DNA of 64,000 nucleotides from Ophelia neglecta (GCA_965285935.1 OZ260664.1:70184001-70248000), one strand, 5' to 3'. Positions 25,876-40,430 are shown, counted from the first letter of the stretch. Made by a program: numbers and translations. The notes: generated by a model from the sequence alone, not told the origin.

Positions 25876-28800
25876 GGCGACGCTGCACATTTACGCGTAC
25901 TCCCATCAAATAAGCGACCACAATACGGCAAATCGGCAATATGAAGGACAGCGGTTCATTTTTCTCATGGATGCCCCCTTCAGATTCAAAGAGAAATGAT
26001 GGGTGTTCTCGGCCTAAGCCCGCGGGAGTATTGTTTAAACCTACTGGACAATATACAGGTGTATATATATCTATATATATATAATATGTATATAGTGAGT
26101 TGAATGTCATAAGGCAGCAAGCTCATTCCCTGCAGGTTAAATGCATACTGCATTTCATGCATCAACCTCCTCCCCCAAATTTGGTTAAGCAGTGTGAATA
26201 ACCTTTAATGATTAATGATTATGCTTTGTTTGACGGGTGTTCACTCCCGTCTTTATAGATCGGCGCGCACATGCTTAATCGTTCGGCTCTCTCTCATCCG
26301 GACAGCAGCTGGTGTTTGCTTATTCGGCTTTGTGATCTGAACATATATGCTATACCCATCGTATGCTTGTTCGGCTTTTATTTGCATTATTTAGATTTCT
26401 ACCGGCTCTATACTACTATCCAATGTGTGCGTGTTTATGGATTCAGGTTATGTATGGTGGAAAACTGTGAACTAGATATGGTGATTTATTGACAATTTAC
26501 TGGCGTAGAGCCCCTGGTGATGAGGCTATTCACGCCAAATCGATGGCATAATGATTGGGCGACAAGTTGCCTCTAACCCGAGGTGAATATGGGCTTTCAT
26601 CTGATTTACTGACTGTGCTACCGACTTTTGAACTGATCGCACTTTGGTATAAAGAGACGAAATATTCTCATACGCTCAGCAACAATTTTCTAGTCTAACT
26701 ATGGTCGACCTTTTCGCAAGTAGCAGGCCTTCAGATTCGGGTAGAAAAGATGCGTTTTGCGCACTGATTATTAAACGCATGGATGGTTGAATTGTTCATT
26801 ATTCACACTCCGTAATTGTACATATTATTGCCGTCACTAATATTAAGTGCGCAGATTTGTAGACTAAATAAACCATATGATATTTCAACAAGGCAATTGC
26901 AGCGTGAATTATTTGTATGCATGTTTTAAAGATACAAAGATATTCTAATGGGCATTCACAATCCTACTGCCTGACCGAAAAAAGAATGATCCATGTCCTA
27001 TTCTCTAACAAGTGGCAACTTTCGCGGGTTTCTTGTAATTAAAGCTCCTAGCAGTGCACACGGTATAAAGGAAAATTAGCACATTAATTCACACTGACAA
27101 CTGTGGAGTGTATCAATCCACCGACAGTTATTGCCAGGAGATCATGGACCACCTCCTCGTTTATAAAACAAAATTAGATATTCTCATATCTTGACCACTC
27201 TATATAATTTACTTTCGTTTGATCGGAATTCCCTCTAAGCATGCAATGTTGATTTTATTGCCCGCCCAATCTTTTCGTTCCCGATCACTGTCAGTCAAGT
27301 GATTTGTATAGTCATACCCTCACAATGGGCAATCATGAGAATCAGCAATCAGCAAGGTGAGATTGGTAACCGCTGGCTTTTATTCCGACCGAAAGTTCAT
27401 ATCCTAAGTAACGAGATTTGCTGCCACTTTTTTCCCTGCTTTCAGTAAAACTATTGCGATAACATAAGAAACTTTCTACATTATGTAAGTTGTCAGAGGA
27501 TGTTTTTTTTTAAATTTAAATTATATTCTTCTTATCACTGTTGGCTCTCTTATGGTCGTGGCCTAGGGTTTTAGTTGTCTGCCTAATTTGCTGTCTTAGG
27601 AAAGACGCCTGGCATTGGGCTAATTAAAAGCTTACATACACGGTTTACATCACTTAGTTAAAAAATTGACCACTAAATTAAAAGCTATATGTTGATTCGA
27701 AATATGCAGACCATCATGTGAACAGTAATTCTCTGTGTTCGGGTTTATTGATATGTAGGCCTACATTATACGAATGGTTTTTCAATTCAAAACGCTCGAT
27801 CAAATACTCAGCAATGCATTCCCTAGGAATTTTTTTTAGTTTATTTATATCGCTTAGTATAGTATTTAATACTTCAAGCCAATGAAAGCAATCCTAGTAA
27901 TCAAAGTAATTGTCATCCAAACCGCATACCAATGAAGGAAGATCGATTCGTTAGTTTTGTGATGTCTGAACTAAATAAAAATAAACATGCTGGCCTTTCC
28001 TGTTTGTGACTCATGATTGTTCTTTAAACTGTGTCGTGATTTAATTAAAACTAGTGAGAGCAATTAGTCTTTGGTTGCTGTTAGGACGCCTGATGTGTTT
28101 TACAACTTTACAATATTATTATATTGAAATAGTAGCGTAAAAATCACGCAACCAAAAAATCATTAGATATAGAATAAAAACATAATATAACTGATAATTA
28201 AAAATATAATGATTTATGAAAGAATCTTTAATTCATCTGTTCGGCTCCTTGACAGTAGTTTATGTAGTTTTTGTTCTGGATAAATAACGCCAAGGCGTTT
28301 CGCGAATGTGGTAATTTCATTTGTAATAAACATGTTAATTATGTAGTTAAGGATGAATAATACTAATGATGTAATGGGAGGACCTTGGCATAAATTATGA
28401 CGTTGATATAAGCCCTATGGGAAATACTTGAAGAGGTCCAAATCGGTTGTACGAAACCGAATGTGTAGGCATAGCACAGTTTTGAGATAACAACGCTTTG
28501 CTCCCAAAGGCTGAATGACTGGCACTTTTCCAAACTTGGGTGATGCATTTCGCGATCTACATATAACACTAAGAATGTGATAGTCAACAGATAGAATCTT
28601 CGGTACTTACCGCTATTAGATGACGAGCCATGGGTATTCTAGTTGCAAAAACTCAATTTCGCCAATTAACGAATATTATCAATACTAGTTATAAATATAT
28701 CATTGGTGTTTGTCTTGTCCAATCCTGTGAGACCATCCCAGTGCCAATGGATTGAGAGTCACGGCTGAAAAGCCCAACCATCCATCCCGCGGAATATTTT

Positions 28801-29869
28801 CACAAGGAAAAGTCCAGGATCATTATTATAACCCGCTTTCCCTGTTTAATGAATCAACCAATAGTTCTAAGTAATTTAAGTCCCCTTAATTTGCATGGTG
28901 GTTCTATAGGCCTATACTAGTATTTATAGAGTGCGAAACTCCATATTATTGTAGTGTTAATCGGGCGAACTCTAAGAAAATGTGTATTTATGGGGAGCAA
29001 TGCATATTCTAGTAATATAATCGAGTAATATTATTACAGTCTGTGGACCTCTATATCTTGGCAAAAGTTTTGGGGGGAGGGGGGTATGGGATGGGAGTAA
29101 GATGAGGGATTAATAGTCTGGCTGACATTATACTCTAGCATATACTAAGTCATTGTCCATCAAAAAGACCTACTGTTCTTAAACGCTGGTTCATCCGACT
29201 TCTTTAACGGGCAGCGTGCAGCACACTGTGATTCTAAGCTTGTGAAAAAATAATTCAAACAATGCTTTTAATTTACATTAAATGACGCTGCAGCTCCACT
29301 TCCACTTACCGGAAGTGTATGTTAGCCCTGGCGACGTCGTTTTGCATGTTCTGCAAGCGGGTGTCTTCCTGCCTTATATTGCAAGCCATTATATAAATAT
29401 ATTGTATTTGTAGAGCGGAAAGTTATACGAACAATAATATTGCAACAACATAATATTGAACAGCCGATTTTCACTTGCTAAGGAAATTTGATTCCTTACT
29501 TTCCGTACTTACAACAAGTATTATCCAAAGATGGAATTCTCAATTATGTAGATCGACTTTTAATTAGTTTACAATGCTTGTCATTACTAATACATTTAAG
29601 AAATAACAGCTCCGATGTGATATTAATTTCATTATATAACATTATTGTCAATTCATTTTGCCCTAACTCGCATCATGAAAAACTGTTGTCTAGTTTACTT
29701 GTGACATCACTTTGACTAGTATCTTTTAGTATTACTCATTCCATCACTAGCTTATTCCCCGTTAGGGTATTGGTACTATTGGTTGTTGGCCTCCTACTAG
29801 CGATTGCTGAAGATATCGAAATGATAAATTCTCCAAAATTGTTGCAAATATGTGAGTGGATACCTGCAG

Positions 29870-30190
29870 AAAAAAGTAAAATCGTTGACCTCGAAAAATG
29901 CATCAAATCACTCCGAAATCACCAGAAACTAGCACCACAGACCCACATAAATCGATCTTCAGCTTGATGTCGCTAATAATTATCTGACCACTATCCCATT
30001 TTGCAGGGATCTCTAGCGCTCTTAATCAATGACAAAGGTATCATGATTAGCTTTTTCGGAAAATCTCCCACTTCCTTCCACTTTCAGTCAATAATAAATC
30101 AGATCATGCAATAAAGAATTAAGCGATTTTGAAGAATGCATTATAGCATTCATCACTCAGCAAGGATCATATAGTGTCAATCGTTTTGTC
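29870..30190 (+). mobile_element. LINE ORF2 remnant (RT N-terminal region)
   Basis: DLEKCIKSLRNHQKLAPQTHI (compare EVxxxIxxLxxxKAxGxDxI), then KGIMISFFGK, FEECII and QQGSY in the expected order, with stops. Confidence 0.35.
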
Positions 30191-30559
30191 CTTCACCAAC
30201 CCCACCATAAGTTCTTCTTGCAAATTGGTACCGTAGATCTAAATTTTACAGTATGAACAACAACTGCAGACAGTACGATCCAGGCACATCATGGCTGAAA
30301 TAAGATGAGCCACGCATAAAAGGACACAGGACAACTATAATACATTCTAAGCGAAGAATCGTATTGTTTGTTTAAAAACCTACATTGCAGTTAAGTTAAA
30401 CTTCACACAAGGATATCATAATGTAACCAAGCCATATTATTTTGTTGGCATAACGTATGTCTGTAGCTCATTAAGCTTGGATGTTACTGTGTGATCTATT
30501 CCACCCAAACTCAGCACCATGTCAAATCGGTCATTTCAATCATTCCAACTACCAACTTG

Positions 30560-30680
30560 TATTGATTCGGCAGCCAGATCCGGCCGTAGTCTCATCATAA
30601 ATGATACCCACCTCCTTTCCGTGATTGATGATTACGGATCGAAGTCCCATCCATTTAAATTGCAGGCAACCAAGGCAGTA
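30560..30680 (-). mobile_element. LINE APE endonuclease remnant
   Basis: LNGWD / IRNHQSRKGGG then a 1-nt slip to VSFMMRLRPDL. Matches the CR1/L2 endonuclease RxxxxGGGV motif. Confidence 0.45.
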
Positions 30681-30999
30681 TAGCATTGAAAAATTGTCTA
30701 AGAGATGGACAAAAACAAAGCTTTACTTCCTCCTAATGCCTTTACGAACACAAGGAATTCCTAATTTCAAGTGAGATAAATATTATTTGCCCAAAAGTCT
30801 GGGCAATATTGCTTATGGTAATCGAAAAACAGATCACTATAAGTAAATTTGTATTATGGACATTCATTCAGTTTATCGTACTGTGTTAAACTACTGTACA
30901 ATGATATATGTACTTGATTTGTAAACTAATCTAGTATGCTTTAGCGATTAACACATGTTTGGTAAATAGTTGTACCAAGATTAACAATACTTTCTAACA

Positions 31000-31450
31000 T
31001 ACCTTTGGTTTTCTTGACGTTCATAAAAGCATAAGAATCTGATTTGGGATGAACAATATCTGCCCCAATACTGCTTAAAATCCTGCAGTGCAGGACACTA
31101 AATGAACTTCACTGGAGCCGGTTACGTTAACGAGCATCTTTATTATAACCCCATGAAAAAATATGGTAGGTAAATGCCAATTTTAAAAACAAAATGCACA
31201 ACATGCCTTAAGGAAAGGATGTATTCATTTAGATAAAAGTTGTTAAATTTCCACACAGAAAGTCACCATAAACACTGTCTGTACCTCTTATTTGGAAAGC
31301 CAAGCTGTAACAATGACCGAGTAGCAAAATCATAGAGCATCAGATAACCTAGGTCCCTTACTCTGCGCTGCACTATTTGGCGCTGCAATGCGAGAGAACA
31401 ATAGAAGAAACCTACCCCAACACACGTGACACTTTCAATGCAGGACCGAA
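31000..31450 (-). mobile_element. CR1-type RT remnant, copy A
   Basis: LLQLGFPNKR (QxGF), ILFLKLAF and VNVTGSSEV...AVLGQILFI (compare SVLGPxLF). Bases 31003-31275 align with 32565-32830. Confidence 0.55.
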
Positions 31451-31619
31451 GGAGCAGCGACGAATCATACAGGGAACCGATAGCATTCTTCATATTTATA
31501 AATTCACTAGATTCTTGAATTAAGACTGTACAAAAGGCATTTTTCCCAATAATACATTAATAAATCAACTGTTTGCAACATTGTGCTATGCCACCATAGT
31601 TTAGATATCCGAACATGGT

Positions 31620-32830
31620 GGATTGATCAATCGCAGTGGTGTCTAATTGTCTGTTGAGCTAGGAGGTCCCAACGACAGCCAGAAAATTTCTTTTCAGAAC
31701 AGGGGGCCAATCATGACATTTATTTGTGTCCGACATGTCTGGATCATTTCTGATATTCCATAATGATCTGATTACTACGAAGCATAGAGCCACGATTTGC
31801 AACCACACCAAATTACATCTGGCAGGCAGGGTATTTTCGAAGGATAAGAACTGCAATGAACCTACCATGGGACTTTCCACTCATAATGAGGCCATCAGAA
31901 CCTACGAATCAACTTCCGCCTATTACATTAATTGAATTTACGGGCAATCTGATGATGAGCAGCAGCAGACCTGGCGTCTAGATAGTCCAGCAGATCCCGC
32001 TGGCTGACATTGATAGGATACCAGTGCATCCACAAATCTTACTCAATCCGCTGATGGAGAGTCAAAATGAGCTCCATCCTAGCGGCAACTGGGCGAGACG
32101 TGTTATCTTAGTTACAGTGACAGTCATCAATACCATGCACCGCTGCCACCGACATATTCTATATTTCAAGGATTTTTTCTTTTTCTTCTGGATGGTTCGC
32201 GTAACCAGCAAACGCGCATTTATACCGAAACATTGAAATGCAATTACAAAGAGAGTGCAGACCAAATGAAAGTCGGGTAACAGCAAGTAGATGCCAAATG
32301 TACCGATTCTGATGCCCTTATACTCAGTATGTTAGTGGGTAATATTTTTTCAAAGTTATGAAAGATGTAGGTTTTAATACGTGAAAATGCTTTATGACTT
32401 TGCCGTAGTACCTATCCTGGACTATTGGTCTGCCAAATTTTGGCCTGGCAAATTCTCTAAGATTGGAAAGGTTGAACACGTGGTTCAAAGATTCTTCCTT
32501 GGGATATCTCCAATAAATCCTATTCATGATTGAACGGCTTGGAATATTATGCTGGAAGACTTTTCTTTGTTTTTTTCTTGACGATCCACATTGCCTAACC
32601 ATCCCAGTTGAGATGAACAATATCTGCCCTAATACTGCCCTACATTATGCAATGCTCAGCACAAACAGTACTTCACTAGAGCCTGTTAAATTACCCTATA
32701 CATAAGACTTTGAAATATATTGATGGGTGATTACCAATTCTGAATACCAATGCACAACATGCCTTGAATGTTAAGGAATGAACGGGTATTGAAAGGAATT
32801 GTTAAATTTCTAAATAGAAAATCAACATAA
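31620..32830 (-). mobile_element. ~1.2-kb decayed CR1-type LINE 3' half, copy B
   Basis: Colinear degenerate motifs AVLGQILFI, NLSNLREF, GIRIGTFG...LVTRTI, WYP...LLDYLDARSA and RHVGHK...EKKFS..RWDLLAQQ (compare TRGH...FFSxR...WNxLP). Many stops. Confidence 0.55.
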
Positions 32831-34149
32831 CAACTAATCAAATATTTGTCTACGATACGACTCCAGATAGACATACATATAAAATGTTTCTCTGTGATCC
32901 AGACCAAAGTTTCAGTATAGTTCCGCTTGTATGTATCAACCTGTTAATGGACCATCTGTTTGAAAACCGGACTTCATGTAATGATGCTGTAGTATAGACA
33001 CATATATTTCAACTAGTATAAGGAATTCGGAAAAATACAAAATATATTGGCCTCAGTTCACGAAGAAACTTATTTTTATCAATTAAGATGGGAATCTACT
33101 CTGCTGCCTCTGTGGATCGTCTCATTCCAAGTATAGAAAATATAACAGAAAACTATATTAAGCCTATCAGGAAATCCAAGACACATGTTATAAAGTATTG
33201 TTTCTAACAGAAACAGTCGATATGCATCTTTATTCTAAAAATATAACATAATTATCTTTAACGTTATAGGGGAATAAGGATAGTTGCTTTATGCTCAGGA
33301 TATAGAATTTTTATTAATGCCAGCTCATTTATAGAAAGAATGGCTTTATTGCAGAAACCGGCTACTGTTTTCATCATATTCTGAATGTGTACATTAAACG
33401 AGAACTGAAATGTTTCGAATTTTCTTACCAAGTTTATGATAAAGACGTCAACAAGTATTGGTCATATAGATGAGCCGGACAAACTGGCCTATTATTCGGA
33501 ATTATTTTAACCAGATTTGCATTCAAATTATAAGCCAAGACCTTTTTATTAAGGTTGGCCTACCCACGCTCACAGACGTAAATAAAATGAATCCATGATA
33601 TAAACTGATAGTTCTGGCTTTGAACACAAAAGCCCAGCTGAGTTGTCCACAGTCATTTTCGGCAACAACGGCGGCAACAATCATTTCCGGTTTGCAGCAT
33701 ACAAGCGTAACAGCAGCTGTTTAAAACACAATTTTTCTGGTTTAATGTATTAATTATAATAACGTGCCTGTGAATTGTTTCACGCACGAATTGGAGAAAA
33801 GAGATCATGATCAGCGTATATGCCGCGTTGGCAAAGACCGTGGTATAAATCATTCTATTCCAATTGTTTGCTTCCCAAAAATATATTCATAATTTTAGTA
33901 TATTTAGTCAATGAACAAGTTAAGTAGGGTACAAGGTGGTGCTCTGAAACATTAAAAGGCTATCTGCTATGTCTGATCTCAAGTAACCGCTAGTGGGAAC
34001 ACTGTCGGAACACAACAAATCGGCTCTTTATAGCGAATGTGCTGTAAAAATGTGCGATACTAGCCGTTGATTTGAGATGGCAGGTCAGGTTAAGTTCGTC
34101 AATGAATTAACTTACATGAACCTACCATTTCACATCAACATGAGAACAA

Positions 34150-34340
34150 TCGGTTCTTTGAGACAGGCCAAACACGTGGGAAACGATAGCGTGCATGAAC
34201 TGCTGCCTTGATAACAGATGGGGAAGTATTTTGAGCAGACCTCGTTGCCGAAAACGTCTAAGTATAAATCAGCTAGGCCAACGTGTTGAATTTCGTCAAA
34301 GCGTCTTTGAAAATGCCCATAGCCTTTAATCATCAAAGTA
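34150..34340 (-). mobile_element. CR1/L2 RT remnant
   Basis: FSKT/FDEIQHVGL (compare FSKAFDxVxH), LLSRQQF and VFGLSQRT (compare GVPQG), across frameshifts. Confidence 0.45.
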
Positions 34341-35189
34341 AGAAACTTTGCTTTTTTACCAAATCGATCCGATAATAAGGGATTAATAATCAGAGCAATG
34401 GTATTTATTTCCAAATTGGCAAAATATATGCACTACTATAACATACAAAAAGATAGCAGACCAGTTTGTATGAAGATCATATACATACAGTGTGTACTAT
34501 GAGAAGAACATCGGTCTGACTGTTGAAAATGAGATACAAATGGAGGCAGCCACGCATTACTTTCTGTAAAGCATGACTATAATGCTAGACATGTAAGTGA
34601 TAATGCCCCACGATGTTTCTTAGTGTACTGCGTAAAATCCATAAATAATACAGGGTGACACTGTGAGGCCTATATTATGATGAAACACAGACGAATGCTA
34701 CAGCGATGATAAAGGTCATGCCAAAATCTTCCAATATGATTACCAATAAGGAAATGGCATGCTGGGGAGAAGACTCAGGCGATATAAATCTGCGACAGGT
34801 ATCTCATTCCCATATTGCTTAATGACCACTCAATCATCTTGACACAAACAGGCATTTTCATCAGCTGGCTAAAAGCTCATTTGTGTGTCAGATGTCTTTC
34901 CAGCGATCGATTAAATGCTGGATACGTCGTTGTAGCTAATATGTTAATTAATTACATTTAATGGCCCATTTCTAATATAAACGCATTGATGAAAACATCT
35001 AGACAATTCATCTCTATTCCAGCAATCAGTTAACAATCAAATATAACTGTTACATAGCAATATATTTTATTACTATGTACAATGAATGACGAATTGTAAT
35101 TCACAAACATTAGACTTTGGTTGTTAGACATCTTGTGCCCCTTCCCTGTGGCATGAAACCAGGCGGTGACTGTGGTAAAAATGTAGTGG

Positions 35190-35375
35190 ATACCTGGCAT
35201 ACAAACCAAATGATAATTGAAGAGTAGTAAATTCAATCACTCGGAAATCATCCACCACCACGAGCCACAGGCCCACATACATCAATCCCCTGCTCTCAAA
35301 CCGTAAATAGTCATTGCAAATATAAAGGCCTATTAACAAAACAATAGTGGATATTACTTTAAAAGGGAAGTAGTC
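35190..35375 (-). repeat. Dispersed ~200-bp repeat family, copy 1 of 4
   Basis: Minus-strand TATTTACGGTTTGAGAG...ATTGATGTATGTGGGCCTGTGGCT...ATTTGGTTTGTATGCCAGGTAT aligns with the copies at 39998, 54458 and 56835. Confidence 0.65.
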
Positions 35376-38300
35376 AGTAGTTTTCTCATTAGCTAGGACA
35401 TGATATGATATTTGCATGACCTGTTTGACTAATTACTTGTCCAATGGCCATTGGTACTATTGAGCAAGTGTCCTATGAATATCTGCCCTAGGAGATCAAT
35501 CGACGCGTCAATGGTTCTGTTGAAATTTGGTTTTATAAGACGACAGCGAGCTTTCAGAATTATGTGAGAGGTCCCTATAATTTTAAGATTACTCAACTTG
35601 AGACATAACTTATTTCAGAAAAGTTTTATGAACGAAGCTTAATTATACATATCGGCAGCCTTTTCAATATCTATGCAAGTCAACATGCAATATTCAGCAG
35701 GTCTATAGATACAGATACAGTGTAAATGGCACCCCCCCCCCACCCCGCCCCTTAAGTTTTGCTTTAAATAGCAGCAAATTTAGCTTCGGGCATCGGTGCT
35801 GTTTATTAAAACGTATGTTTATTTTAAGTTATTTAGGCAGAGATACTTTCATAAAATATTATAATACTTCAATGTTATACCATACATTTATTGTCAAATT
35901 CGATACTAATTGTTTTAGCAATGTACAAGAAACAAACATACTTCTGTATTTATTATTGTATACACCAGTATGTTAATGTTTGAAAGACCTCTGATGATTG
36001 AAGTAAACACACTTACATTGCTTTTATATCAGAGGAAGCGGGAGAAATGTGTAAATTGGGGTTGTGCATCAACGTAAAATGTTGATATAACGCGTACCGG
36101 CTTTGAACACTACAGTTTGCCACCACTGAGCACTCGTTCGTATTATTCAAACTCGTAATGTAAATAGAAAACTCTTGATCCACCTTTACCCTCAGGTACA
36201 GCGCACATCGAACGGTGTGCTATTCGCTATCTATTTACACTCCATATTAACGTGAGTCATTCTAAATCGACACATAACCTCTCAGACGCACCCAGGATAG
36301 GTTAATAGCAGGAAATGTGCAGGTCAACCAACCAATTACGTTTTTAAGCATCTAGGTTACAGAAGAAAGGTCATGTTGCCTAAGGTTGTTTTTATTAAAC
36401 ACGTGTTCAACGTCCAGTGTAGGAGTTCGGAAGTTGGATAAACATTGTTTGAGTTCTGTCTACCATCTCAATTGATCACCTGGAGAGGAAAGGTTCAAAT
36501 GTAACAGTTCAGCCGTTGTGTTATTGTCTGACCAGAAAGGATTCTACGCTGGGTGCTAGATAAAATCAGTATCTAAGGGTATGCTGAAAAATAAAAATTC
36601 AAAACCATAAACATGTTAGAAAGAAAATTCATGTTATTATAATAGCAAGAATGTAACAAAGTTATTGACCAGTTATTTATTTGAAAAACAGCACAAAATG
36701 GTTATGAAGTATCAGTTATAAAGTAGGCTGAATGTAAATGGGTTTGTTGGAATGAAGGAGGGGAAGGCAAAGTATTTGGCAATAACTCCGATTCAAAAAT
36801 TATATATTTTTCTGCTCATTCATTTTGTAAGTATGCAATCAAAGCGAAAAGATTCAACAGGTTATTAAAAACATTCTCGGAAGTATTTGTGTTTTAGATC
36901 AAGAGGAAATTTAAGGTACTACTACGTATGATACAGCGATACTTTTGTCAGGTCAAATATATTACTAATTAATTAAACAGTTGTTTACCTGGGAAGGGTC
37001 TACGAAAAGAGAAGCGCGAAAATAGTCTTAGCCCCCCCCCCTCCCACCCACGTGATACCGAAAGGCGAAAAGTAAAGGTCTTTTTGCTGATAAAAACATC
37101 TTAGAAAACATTTCATGTGCCTGCGAGATCCAATCTTACCATGAGTCACGGGCAACATAACTTATTAGGAGCAAATGACTTTTTCAGATGGAGTGTTCAG
37201 TTTCGCTTTGAATTCTCTATAATCTTGATAAGAATTTATTCAATTCTCAAATAATGTCTCAATCAATTTACGCCTTATTGTTTTACATTTCGCAAATATA
37301 ATCTCTTTTTTTTAACTCTCAAAGTTGGGATTAAAACTTTTACAATGCCGCTATTTGCAAGTGATGGCAAATTTCACGGAGTCAGCAATCAGTTACACAT
37401 CGCATGTCAGCCTCTTGGCGTTTATCAGTGTCGAGAGTAGTTTAGCCTAATTTCTCGATAATGAAAAGCCGCATCCGCGTCGGAAAACTGTCAATATCTT
37501 GCCTTCCTTCGAGCAGAAAGATTAATTATATCACGTCCCATTCGCTAGATTTAACCAGGGGCTTTCTTCGGCTTTAAGTCGAGTTCGGAAATGAGGTCAT
37601 GTTCCCAATCTTTATCTTTGCACTAGTTTAAGGAATAAAATACAGACACAGCATTACAAAAAAGAGTGTACAGCAATATTCTGGCCTTAGTAACACTGGG
37701 AAACGACCATTTAAAACGACCAAATGCATGAACTTAACCAATTTGTGCCAGTACAACTAATTTCTGATCTAGTTGATATGATAACTAAAGCTTACGAAAG
37801 TATGTCGAACATCATAATGCTTCAAGTGGTTACTAATAATTAACATTTTTAGTGGTTATGTGTGCAGCTTCAGACAAGGAAAAGAGCTTATGAGCCATTT
37901 TAATTACTAAACTTACGATGATTATATCTCGGTTAGCCCCGTTGTATTATCTAGAATCCAGAGTAATTAATCTCGAGGAGCCTTTAACTAGACCAGATAA
38001 TCTTTTTTATAATAAAAACACAAAACTGTAGAAGAGACTATACTTCCTCTGCTGTTATTTATATAAATTTTCCCAGAGCTTTTCATTGTCATCACTGACC
38101 AGGCAAACCACTTGACACGTTTCATTTCCGTTTCTAAGCATGGCTCGGACTAGAACGAACGAAAAAAAAACTTTGTCGGCCAGAGTAAGTGTTATTCACG
38201 GTTAAAGAGACTGATTAGAAAGTACAGTGTACTCGGGAGATGCAGTATTTGCAAGACGCCTTGATTTGGAATATTACCGAACAATATTTCCTTATTATGA

Positions 38301-39729
38301 ACGCCCAACTATCACCATTCTTGAATAACTATTGGGAACAACTGCCATATAACTCATATAGAGACCTCCGTGAGACGACCGTGTCTTTCGACTGAATGGT
38401 GTGATGATATGATAAATTGCCGCTTAGCTATAATTGATCCCAATAGGCGTGAATATAGACCCTCTGAGACGAATATCCCGGAATACCAACCTACCACAGC
38501 TATATTTCACATTTCGTTGCCATTTGCCTAGCATCAAACTATTGACAAACAATCCTGGGATTAGACTTAGACAAGTCGTTGCCCCTGAGACCGCCTGGAA
38601 ACTTTTAATGAACGGTGCCATATAGCAATTTATGGTAGAAGATTCCACTGATGCATGATTCTTTAGAACGCAAACACCGTTTACAACTTCATGAATCTTC
38701 TGCCTTCGAGATATTTTATCTAGATAGCTTCACAATTACGACACTGCTTAGATCATCATGGCGTCTCCTTACAAATAACTGACCTATGTCTTATAAAATA
38801 AGGAGTCGTTTTATGGTCTGACTCGCATTATCGAAAACAGTTGACTAAGTTGTTAGTTCTTACAAGCGATATCAATTTTTGCCACCGCTTTAGTTTGGAA
38901 AAAAGTGGGGGGATATGAATTAAGGCCAGGCCGCCGCCGCCCATAGTTTTAGCCGTAGCTCGGCAACCGCAATAGGTAGGAATTTTATTCCTCTCATATG
39001 GTATACATGTTAGTATATGTACAGATGGGGGACAGGTGCAGGGATCGCCAAAGGCTCCGGCTACCGGACAAAATCCGGTAAAATTTGCCCGATAAAACGT
39101 ACAGTATTGTCGGTCAAAATGTCCGGCACTAATACTGGTAAGATTTGACAGCAATTAACGAGGAAGCCGCTCCGACACTATCTGCCATTAGTTTGACCGT
39201 TTCATCAGTATTCTGGCTAGTTTAATTGTAGGTCCTGACTTTTAAAAAGACTCCTTAAAAGTCACAATAAAACTAAAGCCTTTGTTTACAACGACGGAAT
39301 AAAAAAAAACAAAAAAAACAGGGATAGATCCATTCATTTACGTCAATGACAGTGTGTTACTGGTGTTTCTGACAACTAATCAAACCGACTCATGTGAGTA
39401 TACTATATCTCCTTGTAGGCAATTCACAAAAACTCGTGTAAGTATTAGCGCGCTTTTCGTGTCCACACGGAACAAAGGCAAATTGAATTGCCAATGTTAC
39501 GAAATGTCATGTTAGTCACCTTAATGCGAACCCAGTTGGTAATGTTTTGTGCTCATTCAAATGTGCACGTTCATAGGCTAAAAGAGCGAACTACTTCTTG
39601 AGCTTTTTTTCGTTGTGGGTTTAGCCATTAATGGAATGAGATCACTTGAGGCCTAACTGTGAAAGTAGCCGAAATATCGAAAGAAGATATTCAAACTGGC
39701 TAAATACAGAATGTGTAGAAATATATAAC

Positions 39730-40430
39730 CTACAACCACACCGGTGGCTAGATTGTCTGGTTACACGAATCAACCCTTACCATTACTCTTTATCAATGGT
39801 GTGGCCAAGGGGCAATGTTTCATTCAACCCTTAACCTATATAATGCCTTCCACTGCCATGGGCAGAAGGCTAACCTTTACCCTCCACCACATTGGTAGCT
39901 GAGAGGCCTGGTGACATAAATTATCGCTTTCCATAACATACCACCCAAGGCGCATGATTTCATGATTAAACCCTTAACCTATTACCCTTCACCTCCTGTT
40001 TGTGGGTCTGTGGCTGCTGGTTCCTGACTTCTGACCAATTTAAAGGTATATAACTTTATTATAGATTTAGCTTACCTGCCGGGTATTTAATCACGTGTTT
40101 TAAGATGTAGCTTGCCTAAAGGCCATTGGTACACGATTTAAGCCTAACCATAAACATCCAGGTTTAACAAGAGGACCTGGTCACATGCGTTGATTGAACC
40201 CCTTCGACACTCAACAACACTGGGGCGTCCAGAAGGCTGCGTTACATGATTTATTTAAAATAACCCTTGCCTTATTCTTCCATCACAGCAGTGGCTTGAG
40301 GGTCTAGTATAATAATCTTACTTTTAACCTCTCCCTTCAACACGTGTGAGGAACAAGTGCTTGGTTATCTGATGTAGCCTCTAGCCCAACCCTCAACCAC
40401 ATCATGGGCTTAGAGCACTGAATGAACGAT
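39730..40430 (+). repeat. Eroded ~60-bp tandem array
   Basis: Recurring AACCCTTAACC...CCTYCACCACA...GAGGCCTGGTKACATG blocks, interrupted by a dispersed repeat at 39998-40084. Confidence 0.6.
39998..40084 (+). repeat. Dispersed repeat family, copy 2 of 4 (partial)
   Basis: GTTTGTGGGTCTGTGGCTGCTGGTTCCTGACTTCTGACCAATT versus the reverse complement of 56835-56921, GTTTGTGCAGCTGTGTCTGCTGGTTCCTGATTTCGGACCGATT. Confidence 0.75.

Noticed and set aside
29770-29967. ORF with a signal-peptide-like start
   Set aside because: Non-ATG start, and the downstream part matches a LINE ORF2 relic.
31900-32290. Hydrophobic minus-strand translation with a claudin-like GLSKIC motif
   Set aside because: Better explained as part of the colinear decayed CR1 ORF2, and it has multiple stops.
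38200-38700. Possible RT remnant (KLLYG, VGIPG, KDT)
   Set aside because: Motifs are too degenerate to support a call.
39038-39150. CAGGGATCGCCA as an hAT-like terminus
   Set aside because: No partner TIR or 8-bp duplication found.
39730-40430. CRISPR-like periodicity
   Set aside because: Eukaryotic context, whole units are degenerate, and there are no invariant repeats or cas genes.
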